Positions 51,251-60,116 of a stretch of DNA of 64,000 bases are shown in pieces. The stretch comes from a virus. The stretch's first letter is position 1; each line of letters starts with the position of its first letter. The translations under genes and the position numbers were made by a program. The DNA is taken from IMG/VR virus record IMGVR_UViG_3300044729_002678, positions 32,001-96,000 of that record, one strand, 5' to 3'. Under the pieces are notes generated by a model. That model did no database searches. It was not told where the DNA came from and was given only the letters and a program-made list of their open reading frames with translations.

Positions 51251-53152
51251 TTAAACATCGTTATTTAATATGTTTCTTTCATCCAACATATCAAATTTTT
51301 GGTTTTTTTCATCGGTATCTGTCAACAATGACTCAACTATAATTTTTTTAGTTTTTATTTTTGAATTTTGTAAGCTTGTTTTTAACTGCATCCCTTCAAC
51401 AGAAAGTGGTGATTTCCTAAATGTATGGTATGCTTTTTCAGGTTTTATATCCGTTTCATATCCCATTGCGTTTCTTCCAAAAGAACTATCATCAGTTCCA
51501 GCAATACTACCCTCTTCCGGTCTACCAGCCCCTTCAAATCCACCAGGAGGTGAACCACCTTCATTATCACCAGAAGCAGGTTGCCCTCCCGCTTCTGCCG
51601 ATTGTTGTGATAATGCTGCCAAATCATGCGGAGTTCCAAACGATTCACCAGTCTTAATTGGGTCATTACCCTCAGTTTCAATTTGGGACTGTCTAAATCC
51701 TAATTTCAAATCGTTAATAACTTTAACCTGTTCTGCTTTCCACTCATCATCGGACATGTTAAATATATTTTTATATACCCATTCTTGTGAAAGTAGTTTT
51801 GATGTTTTTATATCCGATGCCAATCGCACATTTTCAATCCAAAGAGCAACCTTTTCTTGCTGATAAATTATTGATGGTGGTGTTAATTCTAAATAGAAGT
51901 TAGATAAGGCCTCATTTTCGTATCCCTGTGCATACAAATGTATGATTGCTATTTTTGTCAATTCGGATAAAACAATTTTTTGTACCCGCTCAATACTCCT
52001 AGCAAAACGAATATCTTGTTGAGCAAGCGTCGCTTTACCCTCTACACCCTCTTCATAACCAATAAATGCTTTTGGAACTTTAAGAGCGGCCTGCATTCGG
52101 TTTTTAAGATAATTTATATCCTCAATACCAGTGAATTCCATTCCACCCAAAGTATCAATTTGAGTACCACTTTGACCACCTCTTACGGGTAAATAATAAT
52201 CTTCTAACATATTTTGTATGTTAAATTTAAGATTATAATCACCAGTAGCTTCATCTACATAAGGAACTTTTTTCATTTGGTCTATAATGTTCCTAACATG
52301 CTGGTCTACTTCATTTGGTGGTATGTTACCAACATCAATTTTAAATACCCTTTTTTCAGGAGCACGCATAATACGATGAATTAACATCGCATCTTCCATA
52401 AGGGTTAATTGTTTCCAAGTTTTTCTAGCAGGTTCTAATAAGGAACGACCATAAGGTAAAAAGTTTGTGTCTGAAAATAACCTAAAATGGGCTATTTTAT
52501 AAAATGGAATATAATTTTGTATATCGTTGCTAGATTTTTGATAATTAAATCCGGTAGCACCACCACCCATCGTTGTCATTTTAAATCTAACTTCATATGG
52601 GTTATCGGAATTAAACCCCTCTTCTCTTTCAATTTCATATGCTGATATTGGTGATACATTTACAATACCAATACCCTCTTCAATATCTAAGTTAAGATAG
52701 TAATCGCCATATTTATTCATCCCTCTAATCCACGCCCAAAGATTAAATTCTATATTAAGGACATCATAAAAAAGATTTTGTAATATTTTTTTAATATTTT
52801 CATCATCCGAATTAATCCTCAATACATCCCCAAGATCGTTCTTGAGTGTGCATTCATCCGAGTAAATATCTAAAACGGATGCAATAATTGAATCTTTATC
52901 CATCGCCTCATAATCAGTATAAAGTTCTAACCGATTGGATGAATAATTGTATTGATTATTGTAAGTTTCCCAATTTTGACGAGATGAGTGTAATCTACCA
53001 AATCTATCGTAGTAGGAAGTTCCTTTTATATTACCCTGCGATTGTAATCGTTGTGTATCAATAGCCCTAGTTTTACCCTTACCAATTCTTCTTACTACAA
53101 CCTGAGTTGAAAAGAGTTTTTGTAATCTACCGAATAAAGATTTATCTGCCAT
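51251..53152 (-). CDS. Portal protein (gp20-like)
   Basis: YGRS.LE.AR..WKQL.LMEDA..IHRI.RAPE.RVF.IDVGN, EDYYLP.R. Confidence 0.95.
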   Translation of the reverse strand: MADKSLFGRLQKLFSTQVVVRRIGKGKTRAIDTQRLQSQGNIKGTSYYDRFGRLHSSRQNWETYNNQYNYSSNRLELYTDYEAMDKDSIIASVLDIYSDECTLKNDLGDVLRINSDDENIKKILQNLFYDVLNIEFNLWAWIRGMNKYGDYYLNLDIEEGIGIVNVSPISAYEIEREEGFNSDNPYEVRFKMTTMGGGATGFNYQKSSNDIQNYIPFYKIAHFRLFSDTNFLPYGRSLLEPARKTWKQLTLMEDAMLIHRIMRAPEKRVFKIDVGNIPPNEVDQHVRNIIDQMKKVPYVDEATGDYNLKFNIQNMLEDYYLPVRGGQSGTQIDTLGGMEFTGIEDINYLKNRMQAALKVPKAFIGYEEGVEGKATLAQQDIRFARSIERVQKIVLSELTKIAIIHLYAQGYENEALSNFYLELTPPSIIYQQEKVALWIENVRLASDIKTSKLLSQEWVYKNIFNMSDDEWKAEQVKVINDLKLGFRQSQIETEGNDPIKTGESFGTPHDLAALSQQSAEAGGQPASGDNEGGSPPGGFEGAGRPEEGSIAGTDDSSFGRNAMGYETDIKPEKAYHTFRKSPLSVEGMQLKTSLQNSKIKTKKIIVESLLTDTDEKNQKFDMLDERNILNNDV

Positions 53153-53171
53153 AAGTATAAATATAATTTTT

Positions 53172-54755
53172 TTAAAATAACCAACCTAAATCAACATCAT
53201 TACCACGAATATCTTTCATAATATATGGATTTTGGCCTGAGTTTTTACTTGAGAATACCGTTATTTGATTTCCAGATACACGGGTGATACTACTTAAAGC
53301 ATTTCTTGTTAAGTTCATACCTTGCTGTCTTAACTTCAATGCGGTATCTCTAACCCAAAGACCTGTAGAAAATGATATAACCAAATCATCATTATATCCC
53401 CTTTGTGCCTCTGCTTTTGACCCATTCCATATAAAAACAAATAACTCATCCAACAATCGTTTAGAGTGAATTATTGGTGATTTTTCTCTCATATAAGTAT
53501 CTAATTTAGATACTATTAAAGGCCTCGTTTTTTGTGTCATTGAAAATCCTGGCACCATATCTTCTTTTTGCTTTAAATCCCATCCCCTCCTTAAATGAAT
53601 ATCTTCATCTATATATCCCAACTCCCTATACGAATAGTAAAGATTTCCATAATTACGGTCAATTACTTCCTGAATAACAGCCCATCCAATATTTGCATTT
53701 TCAATCACCAAAAGGGCGTTGTTCCATTCTGCTGCTACCGATGATAAGAAAGCACCATATTGTTTTGTTTCTATTTTACCTTTGTATTCCGCCACCTGCT
53801 CTAACTGCTCAACATCAATCACATGAAAAGCAGAATAATCTGCTCCATCTCCCCTTGCAACATCCGCCACAACTATATAATCTTTTGAATAGTTAGGATA
53901 ATCCCATATCCAATAATTTGCATCAAATCCACGCTTCTCAATAGGTTCTGTTACATGCGTTTCTTTATACCACTCCAATACAGAACCATCAACGACTGTG
54001 TAACCTGATGAAATAAAATCAGTATCACATTCTTGAGCAGCACCCTTTTCCCCCAATAATCTTGTTTGTTCATCTCTCCATCTTTGATTTCTTTCGGGGT
54101 GAACCGTCCAGTGTAATCTCGTTGGATGCCATTTATCACCAGCTTCTCCCTGCTGCCAAACTTTATGGAAAAAATTACCAACCCCATTTGGTGTTGAAAG
54201 AACTATTGCACCACCACCAGTTGAAAGTGTGGATTGTGCAGATAACCAAATCTCTTCAATACCTTTGATAAATGCGGCCTCATCTATAATCAATAAAGAA
54301 AGTGCTTCAGAACGTCCTGCGGTTTCAGTCGCAGAAACTGCTTTGATTTGAGAACCATTTTTTAATCGAAGTGATAATTTATTATCTTCAGCAGCACCCA
54401 CCTTTAACCAACTTGGTAGATTATCATACATAAATCTAACCTTTGTAACCAAGTTTTTTGCTACATCTTGCGTTGTTGCAATTACAAGAACATTCTTATC
54501 TCTATGAAATATCATCAACCAAGTTGCGTATCCAGCTGAAATAGTTGATATACCTAATTGGCGGGATTTTAGAATAACATTAAATCGGTGGGTTTTAAAA
54601 GAATCAATTAAATCTTCTTGGAAATCATATAGGTTAAATAATATTTTTCCCCTATGCGGGTGCTGTATGTAACAATATTTTTTAAAAAAATATATTGGGT
54701 CTTTCGCACACTTTACATACTCTTCTGATATTAATTCTTTTAAAGTTTTCGGCAT
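53172..54755 (-). CDS. terL: Terminase large subunit
   Basis: KSRQLGIST, LIIDEAAF, STPNG, ADVARGDG.DYS, IENAN.G, DDLV. Confidence 0.95.
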   Translation of the reverse strand: MPKTLKELISEEYVKCAKDPIYFFKKYCYIQHPHRGKILFNLYDFQEDLIDSFKTHRFNVILKSRQLGISTISAGYATWLMIFHRDKNVLVIATTQDVAKNLVTKVRFMYDNLPSWLKVGAAEDNKLSLRLKNGSQIKAVSATETAGRSEALSLLIIDEAAFIKGIEEIWLSAQSTLSTGGGAIVLSTPNGVGNFFHKVWQQGEAGDKWHPTRLHWTVHPERNQRWRDEQTRLLGEKGAAQECDTDFISSGYTVVDGSVLEWYKETHVTEPIEKRGFDANYWIWDYPNYSKDYIVVADVARGDGADYSAFHVIDVEQLEQVAEYKGKIETKQYGAFLSSVAAEWNNALLVIENANIGWAVIQEVIDRNYGNLYYSYRELGYIDEDIHLRRGWDLKQKEDMVPGFSMTQKTRPLIVSKLDTYMREKSPIIHSKRLLDELFVFIWNGSKAEAQRGYNDDLVISFSTGLWVRDTALKLRQQGMNLTRNALSSITRVSGNQITVFSSKNSGQNPYIMKDIRGNDVDLGWLF

Positions 54756-54764
54756 TGGTTTTTA

Positions 54765-55367
54765 TTATTTACTTATTTTCCAATAAACTTTTCCTGTAAA
54801 GTTTGGTACTAAATTATTATCAAAACCAATTCCAAGTGCATATGCTTTTTTCTTTTTTGTTTTTAATAATAATTCACCATTTAAAACCATAAAATTTTTA
54901 TTTGCGGTAATACCTGTTCCCAAATAAACTTCTCTTTTATTTACTAAAATCGTATTTGTTACAATTTTTGTGGGTATTAAAATATTTGAAATATGCTGCC
55001 GTGCTTCAATTTGATTTTTTGAAATAGTATCTTTCATCACAATATAACCAAATGTATCCACAGCAATTGTATCTTCGTAATAATATTTTGCGTAGTAATC
55101 TCTCAAAAGAGACATAGTATCTATTGGTTCATTTTGATTAATAAAAATACTATCTATATCAACTACAACTTTATCTTTCCATTCTGGGGCATAAACCTCC
55201 GATTCAGTATTAATAGTATCGTATTTATACTCTATCGTTGTTACTGTATCAATTATGGGTTCGTTATTGAAAATATTCTTAACAAAACCCATAGGTAATT
55301 TATCCCTAAGTAAAAATAGGGCGATTAACAATATTATTACAGATATAATAATTTTAGACAGTTTCAT
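54765..55367 (-). CDS. Membrane-anchored protein, possible spanin-like lysis protein
   Basis: N-terminal TM, many D-T/S-hydrophobic repeats, C-terminal amphipathic beta strands ending GKVYWKISK. Confidence 0.45.
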   Translation of the reverse strand: MKLSKIIISVIILLIALFLLRDKLPMGFVKNIFNNEPIIDTVTTIEYKYDTINTESEVYAPEWKDKVVVDIDSIFINQNEPIDTMSLLRDYYAKYYYEDTIAVDTFGYIVMKDTISKNQIEARQHISNILIPTKIVTNTILVNKREVYLGTGITANKNFMVLNGELLLKTKKKKAYALGIGFDNNLVPNFTGKVYWKISK

Positions 55368-55611
55368 TATTTTTTTTCTGCTTTTTTTGTCTTGATTTAT
55401 AATTATTTCTTCTTTTTGGTTTTGGTTTTACTTCTTCTGTTTTCACTTCTGGTGATAATTGACCCACAGATGCTTTTGCAGATGTAAGTGGTTTGATTTG
55501 TGTTTTTAATGGTTCTATCTTTACAATTTCTAATGTTTCAGGTAAATTTATTATTTTTTTACCCATAAAAAATCGATCGAACGAACTCAATAACTTTTTT
55601 AAAATGCTCAT
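55354..55611 (-). CDS. Small basic hypothetical protein
   Basis: 85 aa, AGGAGG SD, late motif. Confidence 0.65.
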   Translation of the reverse strand: MSILKKLLSSFDRFFMGKKIINLPETLEIVKIEPLKTQIKPLTSAKASVGQLSPEVKTEEVKPKPKRRNNYKSRQKKQKKNNETV

Positions 55612-55652
55612 AACTTTTCCTCCTATTATTATAAATACTGATTTTAATTTTA

Positions 55653-56588
55653 TTAAACTAATTTTGATATAAGTTCATTTGCTTTACCTATTAACAAATC
55701 ATTATATGAACTGTTTGTTATTATTGGTAGAGCTGCTATTATATCTTTTTTGGATTGAATATACATTTTTGATTTTGGGCTGTTTTCAAACTTTTTTGCG
55801 CCCCAAAGATGATAGATTGATTTATTTAATAACTCCTGTGCTTCTTCGGGTTCACCATCTAAATTAAAAGAATAAAACGATTTATTGGTGTATATAACTG
55901 GAACTAATGCTTTTGTTTTTACGTTCTTAACCCCCTTTGATAATGCGGCTAAAAACCATTGCTCCAATGTAATTTGAGCGGAAGATGCGGCATACATCTT
56001 TTTTTTCTCATCTGTCATATTTTTTATTTCACCACTCGCACCCAATACAAATTTAAAATACTTAGAAACATATTCTTTTTTAAATTTCTCATTTTTCATA
56101 CCAACTACCGCACAATTCATTGGAAAAGAATCTATAAATAGTTGTTTAAGTTTTTCATCCCATCTCCAACTAGATGAATGTTCAATATCTAATGGATTCC
56201 CATATGTGAATGGTGATTCTCTATGTAAATACAATAAATCACAATCATCCATTTCTTTTTTTAGGTTTTTATATAATACCAAATCAGTATCATAAATAAC
56301 AAAAGGCGCTTTTAATTTAGACATAGCCCATATTTTAGGGGATGCCCAAAAATTATTAGAAATCATTTCATATGGATAATCATCAAAATAATGGGTAATA
56401 ACTTTATCGTATAATGGGGTTATATTCCAATTATCATAAAATTCTTTTGATTTTTTATCGGTAATTAAATAAAGTGGTGTATTTGAATTGTAAATTTTGT
56501 GTACTATACACGAATACATTTGAACCAATAACTCAAAACTTCCAGGCGGTCTATCATCGTTGACCAAAAATACATGATACGCATTCAT
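55653..56588 (-). CDS. Putative GT-A fold glycosyltransferase
   Basis: LITD, W..PK, FVIYDTDLVL (DxD), NCAVVG, LEQ, YHLWG.KK. Confidence 0.6.
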   Translation of the reverse strand: MNAYHVFLVNDDRPPGSFELLVQMYSCIVHKIYNSNTPLYLITDKKSKEFYDNWNITPLYDKVITHYFDDYPYEMISNNFWASPKIWAMSKLKAPFVIYDTDLVLYKNLKKEMDDCDLLYLHRESPFTYGNPLDIEHSSSWRWDEKLKQLFIDSFPMNCAVVGMKNEKFKKEYVSKYFKFVLGASGEIKNMTDEKKKMYAASSAQITLEQWFLAALSKGVKNVKTKALVPVIYTNKSFYSFNLDGEPEEAQELLNKSIYHLWGAKKFENSPKSKMYIQSKKDIIAALPIITNSSYNDLLIGKANELISKLV

Positions 56589-56625
56589 CGAAACTTATTT
56601 AGTATAAATATGGATTAAAAAGTAA

Positions 56626-56895
56626 TTAATCCAATTCTTTTATCATTACTTTTAATGGTGTTTTTCCCTTTAGTATCCTATGATATGTTTCTTTTTGTAT
56701 GGTAAATACATCCCCAACTTTAAGTTCTATTGGTAGTTTATTATCAGATTGAAAATACCAACCTTTTCCATCAACTACTTCAACCAATCTTGTTTTTTTA
56801 TCTCTATGCCATACTAATTCTGAATTATCTACATCCGTATCAAAAGACCGGTAGATAATACTTTTAGATTTGGTTTCTGCGTATGGTTTACTCAT
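56626..56895 (-). CDS. Small cupin-like protein
   Basis: WHRD...R.VEV....W.FQ.DN..P..L..GD...I....YHR. Confidence 0.6.
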   Translation of the reverse strand: MSKPYAETKSKSIIYRSFDTDVDNSELVWHRDKKTRLVEVVDGKGWYFQSDNKLPIELKVGDVFTIQKETYHRILKGKTPLKVMIKELD

Positions 56896-56896
56896 T

Positions 56897-58654
56897 TTAC
56901 CAATATGAATTTATATCCTCACCACCACCGATTTTAGACCAATGGCGGGGTAAATTACAACTCCAATAACCTGGTGTAGTTTTATCTTTCTTATCAGGAC
57001 AATTGTGCCTGTCTGAAAATGCTTTTCTTGCTTCTGGGTTATTTATTTTTGCAGTTAACCCACCCTTTACATCGCCGAAAGTTACTTTTCTAATATTATC
57101 ACTTTCTGGGTCTTTTACATAAACTACATATTTTTTACCTTCACCTGAATTTCTTTTGGGTGAATTTAATTCTACTTCTTGTCCCTGATATTCTGCTTCG
57201 GTTAAAATTGGAAAATCTAAAAGAACTTTTTTTCCCTCATAAATACCAACCTTACCTAAATCGGAATCTAAAAACCATTCATCGCTTTCATTCATTGGTA
57301 TAAATTCACCCTTTTTCCAAAGAGTTCTACATTCATTTACCAACTTAAAGAATTTGGGAGAACCATACCTGTAAATATTTTCTGATATTGGTTTTTTGTT
57401 TTTTATGTGATATTGAAGCCCCTCACTCAAGTTTTTTTTTACTTCACCCAACGGATTACCATTTACATTTAATTCACCATTTAGGTAATGTTTCGCATTT
57501 ACCATTAGAGTTTTTGCACTAACAATATCAGATTGCCACCAATGTGGAAAATCAATCTCTTCTTCCGCATTATCAAATTGCCCTAATAATTCATATAATT
57601 CTTTTGCATATTTTGCGATACGAAAAAGGTCTGCTTTTAACATATTTGGTTCATCGTCTTGATGTCCTACATCTATATCCTCTGTCAAACTTTTTAACTT
57701 CTTTAACTTTGTTGTTAAATCAGCCATATCTTTCAAATGGGCTTTTTGCGCAGGGGTTCTATCACCCTGTGGAATTTTTGTAAACTCCACCGTTTTTTTG
57801 GCGTTATCTTTTAATTTTTTTTGGATTGATAACATCTCCTTTTTTTGTTTTTCAGTACCCTTTCCCACTTTTTTAACTGAAGAAACCGATGGTTCATCAT
57901 CATCAACTTCATTTATAACAGGGTATTTCTTACCACCAAATTCAAACTCTTTCAATCCTTCTTTTCTTGCTTTAAAAAGTGCCCCAGTAAAAGCATTTCC
58001 CTCGTTTACTGATTCTTTTTTCATTTTTCTTTTTTGTAGAACTAATTGTTGAATTTGTGAAAATATGGATTGTATATCCTTATCTAATTGTTTTTCATCT
58101 GCGCTCATTGGTGATTCAATATCTACATTGGAGTAAAGTTTTTTCTTTTTTGCAATTAATACATCCACCTTTTTAATTAAATCATTTTTTACTTTATCCA
58201 AATCTTTTATTATATCTTCGGTAGTATTTTCTTTTATTACCCCCTCCCGCCTATTCAACAACTTAAACGCAATGGTCTGCATTTTCATAAGTCCTGCGTT
58301 TACAAATTGGTCCCTATTCTCCTGTTTCTTCAATTGGTCATAAACGGATATGATAGCGGATGCTGAGTATGAATCTACTTTCATCTGCTTTCCGGTCTTA
58401 GGGTCTTTAACTGATTTATAACCTGACCTCATAACATCTCTTAGTTGAGTTATTACCGGCGGTTCATTCTTTGCTTCATTTACTACCCCTTCTTCGGTTT
58501 TCCAACCCCCACCAGCTGCTTTGTATTGTTTTGCTGCCCAGGCATTGGCGTAGGCACTTGGATATACGTCAAACTTTTTTTTTGCCTGCGATTTATAGTA
58601 AGACCATTTTGAAGGGTCGGTTGGAACATTCTTTTCTACCAATTGTTTTTTCAT
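56897..58654 (-). CDS. Modular polyprotein-like internal head protein
   Basis: Start re-set to MKKQLVEK with GAGGT SD; domains separated by VNE/LTE/LSE. Confidence 0.65.
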   Translation of the reverse strand: MKKQLVEKNVPTDPSKWSYYKSQAKKKFDVYPSAYANAWAAKQYKAAGGGWKTEEGVVNEAKNEPPVITQLRDVMRSGYKSVKDPKTGKQMKVDSYSASAIISVYDQLKKQENRDQFVNAGLMKMQTIAFKLLNRREGVIKENTTEDIIKDLDKVKNDLIKKVDVLIAKKKKLYSNVDIESPMSADEKQLDKDIQSIFSQIQQLVLQKRKMKKESVNEGNAFTGALFKARKEGLKEFEFGGKKYPVINEVDDDEPSVSSVKKVGKGTEKQKKEMLSIQKKLKDNAKKTVEFTKIPQGDRTPAQKAHLKDMADLTTKLKKLKSLTEDIDVGHQDDEPNMLKADLFRIAKYAKELYELLGQFDNAEEEIDFPHWWQSDIVSAKTLMVNAKHYLNGELNVNGNPLGEVKKNLSEGLQYHIKNKKPISENIYRYGSPKFFKLVNECRTLWKKGEFIPMNESDEWFLDSDLGKVGIYEGKKVLLDFPILTEAEYQGQEVELNSPKRNSGEGKKYVVYVKDPESDNIRKVTFGDVKGGLTAKINNPEARKAFSDRHNCPDKKDKTTPGYWSCNLPRHWSKIGGGEDINSYW

Positions 58655-58667
58655 AATTAACCTCAAA

Positions 58668-59162
58668 TTATGGTGTATAATTAGATATGTTCATTTTAAC
58701 AAATGTTTCAATATCTTTTGGTGATAATACCTGCTGCATTTCAAATCCAGAAAAAGCCCGCGTACCTAAAAATACAAATCCTTTTGCGGTTTCATAGTTC
58801 GCAGGAATATCATCATCAGTATTAACAAATTCAGATGGTAAATAAGTTACCAAAGCGTTAAATACCGAATGGTGTGGCCCAATTTCCGGATTTGGTTTTA
58901 CCGATATCGGTTGATTTCCTATCCTAAATTTTCTAATCATTAAACCATACCCCTTACCAGGATTTTGGTATCTTCTAAACCAATTATCTTTTTCTAAACG
59001 ATAAACAGCAGTTTTTCCATCTACCTTTCTCATAAGAATCAATCTTATCATAGATTCGTTTGGTGGATCGGTTGGCATGTTTCTAAAATCTTTAACACTT
59101 GCTTCAGTTAAAACTGATTTTATTGATTCTCTAATCAATTTTCTTAATTGGGATTGTTTCAT
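58668..59162 (-). CDS. Hypothetical protein with a capsid-targeting-like leader
   Basis: MKQSQLRKLIRESIKSVLTE/A. Confidence 0.65.
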   Translation of the reverse strand: MKQSQLRKLIRESIKSVLTEASVKDFRNMPTDPPNESMIRLILMRKVDGKTAVYRLEKDNWFRRYQNPGKGYGLMIRKFRIGNQPISVKPNPEIGPHHSVFNALVTYLPSEFVNTDDDIPANYETAKGFVFLGTRAFSGFEMQQVLSPKDIETFVKMNISNYTP

Positions 59163-59166
59163 TTTT

Positions 59167-59511
59167 TTATGCTCCGGTTTTTACATATACAGGCGTTTGC
59201 CCTTTTTCTTTTTCATTTCCTTTTTTGGCATCCCCACCCTTTTTTTGAGCTGCCCGTTTTCTTCTTACAAAACTTGCTATCCCATCCTTACCCAACTTTT
59301 GGGCTTTTTCTTTGGATAAGCAAGCAGAATATGGTTCTCCCTCTTCCGCATCACCACACTTACCAAGTTTTTCACCTGTGGTAGAATATCTATCCCAACC
59401 ACCACCAGTAGTTGAGCCGGTTTTACCCTTGCCAAACCATTTTCTTAAATCTTCTACAATAACTTTTCTTACTGCTGATTTAATTAGGTGCTCAAGTTGT
59501 GGTTTCTTCAA
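59167..59511 (-). CDS. Basic hypothetical head protein
   Basis: Likely TTG start at 59511 with GGAGA SD; EDLRKWF...W......CG......C. Confidence 0.6.
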   Translation of the reverse strand: MKKPQLEHLIKSAVRKVIVEDLRKWFGKGKTGSTTGGGWDRYSTTGEKLGKCGDAEEGEPYSACLSKEKAQKLGKDGIASFVRRKRAAQKKGGDAKKGNEKEKGQTPVYVKTGA

Positions 59512-60094
59512 GTTCTTTCTCCAATTTTCCAATATAATCAACTCGTAACTTTTCAAAATCAGTATCTACTTTTGATAGAACATCTTCTATATTAACTCCA
59601 TTCCATTCTTCAACCGAACCATTTTCGTTGATGAACTTCATTTTTAACGCAACTTTAAGGGCCTCTTTTTCAAATTGAGCCTGCTTTAACCATGCTTTCG
59701 CATTCTCAAGCATTTTTCTTTTTTCATATCTATCATACTCTCCACTTATTCTTAGTTTTGATTCCATACTTAATACACAATCAAAACACATGCCGTGAAA
59801 AGCACGCATTTTTTCATCCAATCTTTTTGGGTTTTTACAGTCGCAAATTTCCTTCATACAATTAGGAAACTTTCTCAAGTCCTCCCTTAATTGATGAAGC
59901 TTGCCGAGCTTTACTTTATATCCGGCTTTTTGCTCCCACATATCCCCATTCTCATCTTCCCATTGTTCACCAACTGAACGACGAACATAAGTAGGTGAGT
60001 TTTCAAAACCAACGGTTGTTTTTGTTTGCGTTTTATGAACACCCGCCAACATTTCAGTAACCGCTTTTGTATTTTTTAATTTACTATTTCCCAT
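59492..60094 (-). CDS. Conserved hypothetical protein with Cys pairs
   Basis: G..WE...G..W.QK.GY; C..C and CFDC. Confidence 0.7.
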   Translation of the reverse strand: MGNSKLKNTKAVTEMLAGVHKTQTKTTVGFENSPTYVRRSVGEQWEDENGDMWEQKAGYKVKLGKLHQLREDLRKFPNCMKEICDCKNPKRLDEKMRAFHGMCFDCVLSMESKLRISGEYDRYEKRKMLENAKAWLKQAQFEKEALKVALKMKFINENGSVEEWNGVNIEDVLSKVDTDFEKLRVDYIGKLEKELEETTT

Positions 60095-60116
60095 AACTTT
60101 TTATATAAATATATAA

